A DNA stretch of 63,325 bases, the filler included, from Collodictyon triciliatum (Eukaryota): the NCBI GenBank assembly GCA_043381765.1. It is 6 parts of 6 records of this genome, joined end to end, with 100 filler letters (N's around TTAATTAATTAA, not from the genome) between each part and the next. Parts side by side here need not be neighbours in the genome. Positions count along the whole stretch, not along the records: positions 6,055 to 28,017 come from JBHJMP010000425.1; positions 28,118 to 35,880 come from JBHJMP010000426.1; positions 35,981 to 51,732 come from JBHJMP010000427.1; 3 more parts are not named here. One strand, given 5' to 3'. Positions 24,261-37,965 of the stretch are shown here, piece after piece; position 1 is the stretch's first letter, and the number at the start of each line of letters is the position of its first letter. Made by a program: the position numbers and the translations under genes. Below the pieces are notes generated by a model. That model saw only the letters and a list, made by a program, of their open reading frames with translations. It did not search any database and was not told where the DNA came from.

Positions 24261-26651
24261 TTATTGCGCAAGAGCAAGACGAGGCCGTTTTCCAACCACT
24301 CGGTCCTCCTCCGTTGAACTCTCATTGCGCGACATTTTTGAGTTGGGTGAGGACATATTCGGCACCATGTAGACTGCTCCTGAATCGCAGAACCCAGCAA
24401 CACGGTCACCCTACGACCGAAGAGAAGAGAAAAAGAGCAAAGAATTGATTTTTGGAATATGTTATGTTGTCCACAATAGGATAGCAAAAATTGGTAATGA
24501 AGGAAAAGGAAGGGACACTATGAAAAATTAAAAATATATTTAAAAAACGTACGTCGGCATCTACCCCCAACCATCTCGAGTCGGCTCTGATGCTGAAAGG
24601 CTTAAATTGCTTATTGGAACCATCCCAACGACCACAAGAAACCTAAGTTTGATGTGTAACGACGCATAATGACATTTATGATGCATGTATTCAAGCAAAC
24701 CGAAAAAAAAAACGAAGAAAAAAAGACATTACAATCAAACCTTTAATAAAATAAATTATATATCAAGATTATAGATTTTTAACAAGAACTCCTGGTATTT
24801 GTGAACACGGGTGCTGGGTAATTCACAACTGGACATTGAACTATGAAGAAGGGTATAAGTTCGAAGCGAAATCTTACCTCATGGTCGTATCCACTGACAT
24901 AGCATATCGATGGGTCTGATTTACTGAACTGAAGGTTATTTGCCTTGGTAAATTGTGTTAGTAAGAGACTGTATTTGTACGTTACTAGAAAAAAATGCTG
25001 ACGGAGTACAGTGAGCATAGGCGATGACGATGAAAATAATGCTGATGATGTAGCGTCAGTAGTCGGATGATAACTTTATGATTAGCTTCATAATCAGGAG
25101 TCAAGGGAGAATATAATGACCAATAAATATTACTGCATATTTCAAGCACCCTGACCATCTACCAGCTATGGTCCATTTTCTTACATCGTAAACATGAACG
25201 ACTCTATCAGAGCCAACAACTCCAATTATATTTTCCGTGTGCGCACTCGAGTACAAAGAAGATTGAGTTGGCTGTGGGTGGGATAACAGACAAAATAAAG
25301 GAATCATTTTTTGATAGAGAAGAAGAAAAGGTTAGGAAGGAGAACAAGAAGCCAGTGAAATAATTTCAAGGAAACAGAAATTTTTTGTTTCATTTGTACT
25401 TGAAGGCGCTTAATACATCCACTATTCTCCCTTGAACGAACGTCCCACAAAGAGCATTGGCCACCCTCAGTAAGAAGAAGAGTTGGGGCTCCGGAACCCG
25501 CTTTCAGTCATAATTTTTAATAGTAAACGAAAAGATTGGATTTTACTTTGAGTAGAAAGAAATAAAAATTTTTTGGAGAAATAAATATTAAGAATGCATT
25601 TGATATAGATGGTCTGAATGAATTATTTGTAAGTATATATGAATCAAAGGAATTGAAATAAAAATTGAAAAATAGAGAATTATCGCTGGTTCAATATGTT
25701 TGAACCGATTTTAGAATTCTAATACTAACCCCCGATGTACTGAATCGATGTAGGCTGTGAAATTGTCAAGAATTCCTTTGAAAGTATATCTTTGTCATAG
25801 ATTCTTACAACTTTCTCATAGTATCTCGCCACAGCAATCTAAATAAATCGAAGCAAACAATTAGAACAAAATAAACACCAAACAAATGGTAAAAATCTCA
25901 CTGAAGCATTACATATTGTTGTATATAAATGAAATTATCTGAATGTGTATGTTGTTGAGATTCTGTAAATCGCAAGTATTTGTAACTACCTCGTTGTCAT
26001 TCATTGAATTAATCGCCACGCCGCACCAACCTCGATGCCCAGATTTTCTCTCAGCGCAGACACGAGTTACGGGCTTCAATTCAGACATGTTGCCCATTTC
26101 CATATTAATTGAAATCACTTCCCCATCATCACCGCAGCTGTATATAATGCAACCTGAAGAGATGCGATATTGTTAATTAACATCCTAACAATTTTGTGAA
26201 CCTGAGATTATAGTCTTGCTTCATGTGATTTTTTTTTTTATTCTTTTCAATCTTGTGCAGGATGCTAGTTTTGCTTCATGTGATATTATTGAACCGAATT
26301 AAGAAAAATATATGGTTGATATATTTAACTATTCTTTATGGCAGCTTCAGCAAATTTTTACACGAGGATAATTAATGTAAGATAGGACTGTTCGGAACGT
26401 AGGCATGTTGAGAGAGGAAGGAATACATGTAATTGAACTTGGAAAAGAGGAAATTTGATCTAACATTCAAAAAAATTATTCCTGTTGCATGTTAAGACGA
26501 ATCACATGTATTTGTGCAATAATGGAATCTAACCGTGTTTTTTCAGAGATTGAATTCTGCCACTATGATGATTTGAATGAATAACACGAGCCTTGAACTT
26601 TTCCTCAGGAAGTGTCACAACTTCATCCCACCGGGACTCACTCGTGGTCAT
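24261..26651 (-). CDS. WD40/beta-propeller repeat protein; multi-exon
   Basis: Spliced segments: HSGRIQSLKKHGCIIYSCGDDGEV; GVVGSDRVVHVYDVRKWTIAGRWSGCLKY; LQFSKSDPSICYVSGYDHEV; CGRWDG..FSIRADSRWLGVDA; ends KRPRLALAQ*. Confidence 0.75.
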
Positions 26652-26785
26652 GGCCGAAACAATTGCATTTTGTTGGAACTACGCATCAGGTTTTTTTTTT
26701 TTTTAATGTTTGTTGTCTTCGTAGAAAAAAAAACCAAACATTTGATCTAAAAATGTACGAATGATGCAAATCGAATGAGTTCTAT

Positions 26786-27840
26786 ATGAGTCCTAAACAG
26801 GGGTTAATGATGTAATACCTTAAATAGAGCATATATATTTAATGCGATTTTTTTGCCTTTGTGGCGTTTTTTTCTTTATGTTTCATGCTTTATGTTTTAT
26901 TCTTTTATTCTTTTATTCTTTTATTCTTTTATTCTTTTATTCTTTTATTCTTTTATTCTTTTATTCTTTTATTCTTTTATTNNNNNNNNNNTTATTCTTT
27001 TATTCTTTTATTCTTTTATTCTTTTATTCTTTTATTCTTTTATTCATATTTATTGGAACCAGGGGGAATGGTTTCTTACAGACACAGAACAGAGGATCCT
27101 ATCAGAGCCAAAAAGCACAGAGTCTTGAAACAAAACAGCACGGTTCCCATGAGATCCAGCAGTCGGTGTGGCCGCGAAGGGATTTTCCACGCGAAGAAGT
27201 TTTCGTCCGTGCATCTAAACGAGCAAGGTTTCACGAGTCAGCTCCTGCCAAGAGAGAGCAAGAGTGTTTCAATCCCAACCCACAGCAACAGCTTCGGGAA
27301 GAAGAAGTACTGATTATTTTTGGAATTTATACAAAATATATTTAAAATTATTTATTTTTACTATTTAAAATCTGTATTATAAATTTTAATAATCAAATAT
27401 TGCATGAATATAATTAATGTGACTTATTTGAGTTTCCCACCAAAAACAGTAAAACTTTTCGTCACTGATTGCGCCCGAACGTTTTGATTCCGAGACAAAC
27501 CCACATTCTAAACTTACTGAACAAAGAGCCCACCAAATTTTCGAAAGCCTGAACAAAGAGGAAGTTTCTCCACGAACGCATCCCCATGTAGAACCTTTTA
27601 TATTTTCCAGATATATACTATGCTTACTGCAACCACAGCCCCAGAAAGAAGAAAGGGAAGAAACCTGGTCTCGTCACCGCCAGAAAGTCGCGCCTCAGAA
27701 GACGAAGCGCGCAACAAAGAACAGTCAAGAACAATCAAGAACGAAAAGATCCGCACATTTGGCAACTGCCTTGCCGGAGCCAAACAATCAGAATCATACC
27801 TCGCAATGCGGTGTGTATGTGTCGCAACCGATACTTGAGA
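26786..27840 (+). CDS. Hypothetical hydrophilic low-complexity protein (about 4 exons; end uncertain)
   Basis: GC-richer blocks (27063-27307, 27494-27587, 27640-27840) between AT-rich GT..AG segments splice in frame from MSPKQG. No recognisable domain. Confidence 0.35.
26896..27045. repeat. (TTTTATTC)n repeat
   Basis: Direct reading. Confidence 0.95.
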
Positions 27841-28118
27841 TAAGAGAGATTCACTTGCTTTTTCGCTTTCTTTTTCGCTTCCTTTTTCGCTTCCTTTTGC
27901 TTTTACTTTTTCTTTTACTTCCACTTTCTCTTTCGTTTTCGTCGCACAAACTCGATCGAGGTTTTGTTAGTTGCTGTGTTTTGTTTCGATTTTTGCTTTC
28001 TCCTGCCTCCTTTTCATNNNNNNNNNNNNNNNNNNNNNNNNNNNNNNNNNNNNNNNNNNNNTTAATTAATTAANNNNNNNNNNNNNNNNNNNNNNNNNNN
28101 NNNNNNNNNNNNNNNNNA

Positions 28119-28220
28119 GCCATAAAAAAGCCATAAAAAAGCCATAAAAAAGCCATAAAAAAGCCATAAAAAAGCCATAAAAAAGCCATAAAAAAGCCAT
28201 AAAAAAGCCATAAAAACCAT
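28119..28220. repeat. (GCCATAAAAAA)n repeat upstream of the AP-4 epsilon gene
   Basis: Direct reading; 11-bp period. Confidence 0.95.
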
Positions 28221-28314
28221 AAACACGATATTTGAATGCTGCGAAGAGAACAACGTCGACGCGATCCAGTTGGTCTTGATCTGAAATCACTCTTTTGAAG
28301 ATCAGCTGTAAGTC

Positions 28315-29792
28315 ATGTCATCTCCGAATCTGCGCGACGAGTTTGCCTCGTGGCTGGAACACGTGAGCAGTAACACAGGAGTGAGTCGTGACTTTTTCGA
28401 GTTTGTGCGATCCATCGGCGAGGCAAAGTCAAAGGACGTAGGCTGTTATTCCTTTCTTCATATATACCTGCTTTCCACCAGCTTCATATAAATATGTATC
28501 CGTTTTTAGACGGATTATTATGTTTTAAATATGTCTATCTAAAAACCCTTCCTTCCCTTGAATCGAATAAAGGAAAAAAATGTTTTAAATATGTTTAGTG
28601 CGGGAAATGTTTTAAGTTCATATCATTTTTTTATCCTATGTAGGAAGAGGACCGGTTCATCGCTCGTGAAATCAGCACCCTGAAAGCGAAGATGAGCGAA
28701 CCAGAGAAAAATCCGGTAGAGTCCTTCATTAAATCAAACCAGTTTCGTCATTTTTTCCATAAATACAATCATCATATTTACTTTATCAAATATCTTGTTA
28801 AAATTGCTGAAGTGAGGATTCGATGTCTCTCGTCCCAGAATCTGCAGCTCTTCTCTACTTATCATATTATCATTTTTTGTGTAATCACCAAATCCTCTTT
28901 TTTCTAAGCCACCAATCGAACACTTACTCACCCAAACATATTGTATGATAATTAAAAGAGACGCATGCGAGAGTATCTTATGCGGATGATTTATTGCGAA
29001 ATGCTCGGCCATGCAGTCCCGTTTGGATACATCCACGCAGTTAATATGTCGCAAGAACACACTGCGATTGACAAGAGAACTGGTACATAATCAAAAAATC
29101 AGTTTATGTCGATATCTTTGACTGCATTTTATAAAATGCCCTTTATTCTTGTTGTTCATATACTCTTTTGCTTATAGGATACCTTGCTGTCACATTGACT
29201 TTGAATGAGGAACATGAATTAATGATCCTCCTCATTAATACTCTTCAGAAGGTTTCTTTGATCAATTGAGTCTCCTTTCTTTTTCCTATTTTTTTATTTT
29301 TTTATTATTTTTAAAAGAAACAAATAATAATAAGGACTTATATACTATTTATTCAAAAAATCTCAGCAACTAAAATTCTGAATTATTAAAGGATTTGAAG
29401 AGTTCCAACTCACTCGACGTTTGTGCGGCTTTGACAACACTGACCAAACTTATGAACGCAGAAATCATTCCCGTCATCTCCCACACCGTATTCGGTCTTG
29501 TTTCTCACACAAAGTTAATAATTTTGCCATGTGCCTGTACCGCCTCATTATTTAAAACAAAAAACAAAAAACAAAAAACAAAAAACAAAAAACAAAAAAC
29601 AAAAAACAAAAAACAAAAAACAAAAAACAAAAAACAAAAAACAAAAAACAANNNNNNNNNNNNNNNNNNNNNNNNNNNNNNNNNNNNNNNNNNNNNNNNN
29701 NNNNNNNNNNNNNNNNNNNNNNNNNNNNNNNNNNNNNNNNNNNNNNNNNNNAAAAAAAAAAAAAAAAAAAACCTTTTTTTTTTTTTTAAAAT

Positions 29793-29832
<40 letters not shown>

Positions 29833-31166
29833 AAATCCTTAAGTCTGCAAGACTTTTGAAATTCAATTTTTTTGACATATTCTCCTTTTCCTGATCAGAA
29901 TCTTGAAGCAAATTATCGAGCTTAAATTGCCTGATGAATATGACTATCACCGCGTTCCTGCTCCATGGATTCAGATCAAACTTCTTAGTATATTAGCCTT
30001 TTTGGGTGCCGAAGACCAATCGTATGCCCATAATATATTTTTGATTGTATTTATTCATTCATTTGTTATTCCCTGCCATGTTGATCACTTCCCATTTTAT
30101 AATAATGACTGTGAAAATGTACCTATGTCAGCACATTCTTTTTCTTATTCATTTTTCGATGGGAAAAAATTAAATTAAATTGAACCGAATATTATATACT
30201 CGAATGGCTAAATGCCTTGTAAATCAGTGCAAGTGAAGGAATGTACGATGTCTTGTTTGATGTACTTCGTAGATGTGAGGCAGAAAACACGCCTAACTAC
30301 GGTATGATATGTTTTTTCCAATCATGTTGATTAGATTCAAAACAGTATACCAACCTATACTCTGTTTAACATAATAGCAATCGTGTACGAGGCTATTCGA
30401 ACAATATCGGCAATCTATCCGAATCTTCCTCTTCTTGAGGCCGCAGCAAGCAGACTTACACGTTTCATCACAAGTGAAAATCACAATCTAAAGGTTATTT
30501 TTAACTCACCAATTTGTTCTGTTGGATTGTCTTCATCTCACATGCGCTGTTTTGTTAATGTGCTTAATATGATCGATATTTTTACATCATATCTTGACCG
30601 GAAAAAATATTCCTAGCTCACATGACCTGAGTTTTGAACAATACTAAATTATCATTTTCTAACCAGTACATGGGTATTACTGCGTTGGCCACTCTAGTGC
30701 AAGTCAATCCAAAGTTTGCTGCAGTACATCAAGGAATCGTCATTGACAGTCTAGAAGACCCGGATGAGACACTTAAGAGAAAGGTTCTTTTTTTTCTTCC
30801 TTCCTTATCCCATGTATCCCCTGTCTCTGTCTCTGTCTCTGTCTGTATTTATCATTATTTTTTTTTTAAGAATAATTAATCAAGATTTTTCTAAATATCT
30901 ATTAGAACATAATGCTGACATTTCAACGTACAAATTTCATATTTTTTTTTTCATGAGAACACTACATATACCAGACATTGGACCTCTTGTTCAAAATGAC
31001 AAACCCAGCCAACGTCACTTTTGTGGTTTCTCGTCTCATCAAATATCTCCGTTCGACAATCGATGTTTACCTTCGTACTGAGCTCGTTTCTCGAATCACA
31101 CAGCTTGCTGAGCGGTACAGCCTCTCCCTTTCTGACATAATTTGATTTTATTATTATTACTACTCC

Positions 31167-31228
<62 letters not shown>

Positions 31229-34200
31229 CTACTAACTTTACTATAAAGCACATGTCCTTTTTTATTTTAATCATTTTAACTTTTGAGAATACTTATTTTT
31301 GGGAGTGTAAAAAAGATACGCACCTACAAACGCTTGGTTCATCGAGACCATGACGACGGTCTTCGAACTGGGCGGCGACCTTGTGAGGCCTGAAGTGCAT
31401 CACAACCTAATGAGGCTCATTGCTGAAGGTTGAAAACAGCTCAAAACATTGCCCTTTTCCCTCCCCTCTTCTTGGCCACATAAGATATTTGTATTTATCA
31501 ATAAAGTAATATATATATGCAGGAAGTGGAGTCGATGATGAAGCCGATAATCAGCTTCGTCAGTACGCTGTGGACACATTCTTGAAGCTGATCAACAAAC
31601 CTTCATTAAACGACACTGTTATCCAACTAGTGGCATGGGTATTTTCTAGCCAAACAAAGTCACTGTGATTTAAATCGAAAACGATGTGCTATCATGTAAT
31701 GTTTAAAAGTCTTTCTTCTTCTTTCGAATGACCAGCACATAATCAGTAAAACTTGTACCTTAAATGATTGTCTGAATACAGGTTGTTGGTGAATATGCCT
31801 ACTTATCGAAATTGCACAGTCTTGAAGACATAACATCCAAGATTGCATCATTAGCATCGAGGCATTATGAATGTGACGATTTGCTCGTATTGTAACTAAA
31901 TATACTCTTGGATGATATTTTTTTTATTATTAGATATACCGCACAGCCTTTTTTTCTTTTCTTCTTTTCTTCTTTTCTTCTTAATAACAGTAATAATTTG
32001 CATACAAATACAGCACCCGAGAGTCGAGGATGGATTGTTAATGCATTGGCCAAGTTAGTTTCGCAACTTGGAAGTTGTCCAAATTACGTCCGTGATGTGT
32101 TTCACAAGTACCAAAAGTCAAGGATTCTTTCTCTGACCCAACGCTGCACTGAATATCTTTCTATCGTCAAGGACATGAACTTGATGCAGCAAGTTCTTCC
32201 TATGGATGCCAGTTGTGAAGATATTGAGGTGATTTCTTTATCATTGTCATTCATCTCTGAAACGAGCTTCGTATTGCATCCCATTCAGAATCCTTTCCAC
32301 AATTCATCTACTTTAATTTGTATGATAATCATATACGTTTATCCATTTCGTTAGATTGATGAAGAGTTCTCCCTCGTGGACGATTTTGTTTCCTCATCTC
32401 TGGGTCGCGGTGCATCTCCATATATTCCAAAGGAAGAAAGAGGAGAATCCTTGTCTAATCTGACATCGAGCACAGAGCGTAAATGATTTTTTTTTCTTGT
32501 TGAATGGCATATTTCTTCTTTTTATCTATCAACAAATCTGAAACAATATTCCGTTTTCTATGAACGCTAGAAAAAGGCCTCGGAATTTCCACTCTTCGCT
32601 TCGAGGCTTATGATAAGCCGACCGAGTTTTCTAAACCTAACCCCAGCGCCATTCACATATCGCCCTCTGGAAACACTCTTTTTCCAACTGCCTCTATCAT
32701 TGGGCAACCGAACACTCCGCTTGGAACATCCCCATCTCGCGGTGCCTTTCCTGACGAAACAGTACAGCCAACTCAACCAACATCAAGGTACGATTGTAGA
32801 TGTCTTGTTTGCATTCATTCCGGTATATAAATCGTTTAAAATATGTAATCCTTCTACACCCGTGATAGTCTGACCGCCAGTGGGGCTGCCAAAAAATGGG
32901 GCAAAGCAGGATACATCGGTGACCAGCAAAACGCCGCGTCTGTGGAACATATAGAAAACTGGATGAATTTCTATTTACTTTTCTAAACTAATCATTCATA
33001 ATAATAATTTCTATTATTTTGTAATTTAATCGAATGAAATGATTCAGCCAAAAGCACGAATCGATCGCACATGTGAATGAACCAGCCTCCTCATCTGGCT
33101 CAACCCTGACTGTCCCTAGTTCAGCCCTTGGTGCATCTCCTGCCGGGTACATATCTACACAAACAAATCGAAAAGTCTATATTTTTTTTAAAAAAAAATA
33201 AAATCTTAAAAAGAGAAGTCTCTTACTCCAACTGAAAACCATTCTTTCATCGGTGATAGCTGCCTACGGTATTTATTCTTTATATGACTTTTTAATTTAC
33301 CCGTAACAAAACAAAATGAAATACACAGCTACTCTGGCACCGCGCCAGTTTCTCAGGCACTTTCACCGAGGACACAACCGGCCCCAATGACTGAGAAGGA
33401 AAAATTGGCTTCGATGCTGTTTAGTGGAATCGATGGTGTTTGCTTATCTCGAGTAGATATGATGGAAATATTTATTGATCGATATGCTTACTTTCATTTG
33501 TGGGATAATATTGAATTTACGTTTTTTTTTCTTCTGACAGGCAATTCAAAGTTAGAGCGAACAAATCGAAAATCCAGACATTCCAATCTAGCAGTCAAGG
33601 TTGATGCAGAATCATTCATAAAAGACACTTAAATATTCCTTGATTTCATTATTTTTTTTTGAAGTGACGAAGCGCAATAATGACTCATTATATACATGTA
33701 CAAATTTATATTGCAGGCTTCTTCGAATGCATCGTCTAATACAGGAACGCCAACACATACGTCTGCTAACAGAACTAGCAACATTCTTGATGATTTCGAC
33801 CTGTTGGACATCTCTGCGTCATTAGCTCCATTATCAAACACGAACCAAAGTAGACCTGGCGTCCAAGCATCATTTATTCCACAATCACCGTCATCCAACT
33901 CTACGGATTTGCTGTCAATCGATTTGCTGTCATTCGAATCTGCCCCTGCGACAAAACCTTCAGGTACAACTTCATCGCTTTCCAACCTATCTTATTAAAT
34001 TCATTTTTAATCTTTGGCACTGGGTATATATCTATTCTCTTTCTACAGAATTTAAGTATCTCAAACTGCAACTTTTCCTTTAATCAATCCATTAAACTGT
34101 CACAATCAATCATTCACTGTGAAGTTGCATACCCTGTGTCTACTACTTCTACCCAACCATCGGTAGGATATTTTTCTTCTGTCGTGTCCAACTTCATCAT

Positions 34201-35795
34201 TTATGTAGCTATTGATATCATGTACTTATATACAAGGTGAACACTATATTGAATCTATATCATTTCACTAATATTGTTCTTCGTGTTGCAGCTTGGATTA
34301 TTCCAGAACGTTCTGCAGCCTACCGTGGTTCCTTCTCCTAGAGGCCAAATTCAGCCTGCAAACATCTTTGGGGGTATTTCTAACCAGTTTACTATTCCAA
34401 AGTCCGCACTAGAGCGACTTTCACCGCAAATTCGGGATGAGGTTTTTTCTCCTTCTAAATAATAATGTTTTTCTCATTTCTAATTTTTATTTTCATGTCC
34501 ATTTCTGCTCTTTCCCCTCTAACCAGTTTTATTTTTATTTCGCAAGATTATCTCCATGAAGCCCACACCCGAACCAATCCCGTTGACATCCGATTCTGTG
34601 ATTAATGTCCAAGTCTTCAAGGTTATTAGAGTAAGTTTCTTTCTATTTGGATATTGTCCACACTTATATACCTGGGCTGGTGCTCAAAAACAAACAAACA
34701 AACAAACAAACAAACAAACAAACAAACAAACAAACAAACAAACAAACAAACAAACAAACAAACAAACAAACAAACAAACAAACAAATAAACCAGCAAATG
34801 TCCTTTGGTGGGTGTATCGATGTCATTATTCGGTCTTTTTTCAACAGCCAGACCATGTGATGCTATGTTTCGTCTATCAAGTCCAAGGAACATATCGCAT
34901 CGGAGCTATGTCTTCGCGTCTGGAAGCCACTTCAAGCATTACCGTGAATATTCCTTCTGCAGATATTTATTGTTCATCTTAGTCATCAATATGATAAATC
35001 CCACAAAGTGAATTTCTTCGTCCTTCCAGGTTGCGGAGAAGTATTCGATGCCCTCCTTGCCACCAGGTTATCCATCATGGCTAAACATCACAAGCGACCA
35101 TCTGGTGTGTAACTAGATAGCATAATCCAATCTCCCAGGATTTCTCATTTTCAGTCAAGAAACGGCACGAACAGTTTTTTTTTTTTTAAGACATTTCATT
35201 CTCTTCTCTTCCTTCGTGCAGGTTTGTGATATCATCCGTTTGAGATTCAAAGAGGCGACAAAAGCGGCTGTGGTCTGTAAATACAAAAATTATTTTTTAT
35301 CTGTATTAATGTGACGATGGCTAGCGAACCAAAGCCAACATCTTCACCATCCTGCACAAAATTGAAAGGAAGAATAAAAAAAAATATATATGTATTAATG
35401 TGTCCATTATACTCTATGCACATATTCAATTGGATTATGTCATTCCTTGCTGCATATTCTGAATCCACTATTTTCTTCCACTTAAAAAACAGACGGGAAA
35501 GATTTCGTATTCTTTCGACAATCCGCAAAATATAACAGCATTAAACTTTGAGCTCTCCCTATTTGTGTCTGATTTCATCCGGTATTGTTTCAATAGAATA
35601 TGCATTTTGAAGAAAATTCTAATAGTTCTATTAGATAAATTGAAGCGCTTATTATGTATTCCAGAGTAGCTGATAAATTCATAGATTGATTAAGACTCGA
35701 TTTTTGTTCTCCAATTGATACTTAGTCCATTACAAATGACGACAGACGGATTTGGCCAGAAGTGGGGACAACACGAATTTGAAAAGAAAGTCCGG
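28315..35795 (+). CDS. AP4E1: AP-4 adaptor complex epsilon subunit; 3' end and one internal segment lost in gaps
   Basis: Spliced motifs: FFEFVRSIGEAKSKDEEDR; YCEMLGH..FGYIHAVN; KLPDEYDYHRVPAPWIQIKLL; SENHNLKYMGI; LEDPDETLKRKTLDLL; AERYAPTNAWFI; HNLMRLIAEG; appendage DFIRPLQMTTDGFGQKW. About 80 residues are missing at the 29652-29751 gap. Confidence 0.93.
34688..34786. repeat. (AAAC)n microsatellite
   Basis: Direct reading. Confidence 0.95.
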
Positions 35796-35806
35796 GTACG
35801 TGTTTT

Positions 35807-35861
<55 letters not shown>

Positions 35862-37965
35862 CTTCTTTTTTTTTTTTTTTNNNNNNNNNNNNNNNNNNNN
35901 NNNNNNNNNNNNNNNNNNNNNNNNTTAATTAATTAANNNNNNNNNNNNNNNNNNNNNNNNNNNNNNNNNNNNNNNNNNNNTTATTGTTTTTTTTATTGTT
36001 TTTTTTATTGTTTTTTTTATTGTTTTTTATTGTTTGGGCGATGAGGTTGTGGCGTTTGTTGACTTGTGGGAGTGCGATCAAAGAAAAGCTAACAGGCAAC
36101 CATTGGTCAATTTGGTATGGTTAACCAGGAAAGTGACAGCAACGCGCAACTCTTCGACAAGCATAAAACCGCAGTTGGCCGAGCGCCTGCTGCAAGGGAG
36201 CAACTTTGATTTTAAAACAGAAGATACATAGAATCAAACAGGGATTAAGATACGTAAACTACGGTCAGAGACGAGGGCCAGCCCACACACTCGACTCTTC
36301 TCCCTGATTTATTTGCAGCGCGCCCTGGCATTTTACAAATCATCGCACGCTGAATCAAACACGCGAAACCAATGATTTTTTCCCTGGTGCGTCCCATTTT
36401 GCTGACTCATTTCATATTTCGATTTCGATGGCTTTAATTGGTTCTCATTTAGATTATATGCCAATGTAAAGTAAGGGCCGTAAGTCGATAACTTTGATGT
36501 GTAGGCCAGATCTCATGTGTTTTGTGGCTGTATATATTAAATTAAATTTCAGAGTGCACAATTGTTACTGGCTGATTATCTGCAAGTTCCTATATTTCTT
36601 CTCAATAAGAGTCAAAATAAAGTCCTTCTATGGCTGATATCAAGTTCCGAATAAAAAGATCTGACGAAATCACAGCATCCGAACCAATCATCACGCACGG
36701 TTAGGCTATGTTTGGCTTCCATTTGGCACTGATGGTATTCTCAATTCACTATATTTCGATTTTCAAAGTATGAATCGTTCCTGGGGAGCGCAATATAGTG
36801 GACTTAGGTCAAGCTTGAGATGTTTTCGGTTATGATTAATGTCTTTTTTTTTAAAAATAAACAATCATTTTTTTCTTTCACTCAGAGTTAGGCAGCTCCA
36901 TCTGTATATCACGCTCAGAATATGATGAAAGTTATTAAATCGAGTAAAGGATAAAAAAAGGAATATTCGCCAGTAATGCACAGATATATTTTCCCAGGGA
37001 TTGCTTTGACCCTTGCGCTTCGACTGACAACCTTAGCCGCATGGAACAAGATATATGTATGTCCTGCTCGATTTCTCATCTCGACCGTCGATGATGCATT
37101 AAACTCTATTTCTGTCTCTTCATCACCCAGGAGTGATTCATTTTAAATCCTATCTATGTATGCGACGCTTATAAGCAGCACACGGCTGCACTTTTTCTAA
37201 CCTTGCAAACGATGTTCGGTGTTGTATAATTCAGAGATGTACATCCGAGAATCCACCCTTCCGTACTCCAGAAAAAGAAACGATGACGCAGACGCTGCTA
37301 GAACCTTCCAGATGGTACCTTTCTTATTGCGGAATATAAGATGCCGTACAATACTTATGGATCAAAAATCGATCAGAGAATCTTGATTGATCAACGTGTG
37401 CAAAACCAAGTTGTGATTGCCCGAGCGAAAAAAGCAGGCCAGCCGAAGAAAAGAGAGCCGATGTCGCAAAGTATGGTCGTTGTCTGAGTGCGCGAGACTG
37501 ACTCGTCCTGAGAGTCTCANNNNNNNNNNNNNNNNNNNNNNNNNNNNNNNNNNNNNNNNNNNNNNNNNNNNNNNNNNNNNNNNNNNNNNNNNNNNNNNNN
37601 NNNNNNNNNNNNNNNNNNNNNNNNNNNNNNNNNNNNNNNNNNNNNNNNNNNNNNNNNNNNNNNNNNNNNNNNNNNNNNNNNNNNNNNNNNNNNNNNNNNN
37701 NNNNNNNNNNNNNNNNNNNNNNNNNNNNNNNNNNNNNNNNNNNNNNNNNNNNNNNNNNNNNNNNNNNNNNNNNNNNNNNNNNNNNNNNNNNNNNNNNNNN
37801 NNNNNNNNNNNNNNNNNNNNNNNNNNNNNNNNNNNNNNNNNNNNNNNNNNNNNNNNNNNNNNNNNNNNNNNNNNNNNNNNNNNNNNNNNNNNNNNNNNNN
37901 NNNNNNNNNNNNNNNNNNNNNNNNNNNNNNNNNNNNNNAACCCTAAGAACCACACAACGAGTCGA

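Noticed and set aside
26211..26284. 19-bp near-perfect direct repeat tagt(c/t)ttgcttcatgtgat
   Set aside because: A single local duplication inside a WD40-gene intron, with no terminal inverted repeats or other element features.
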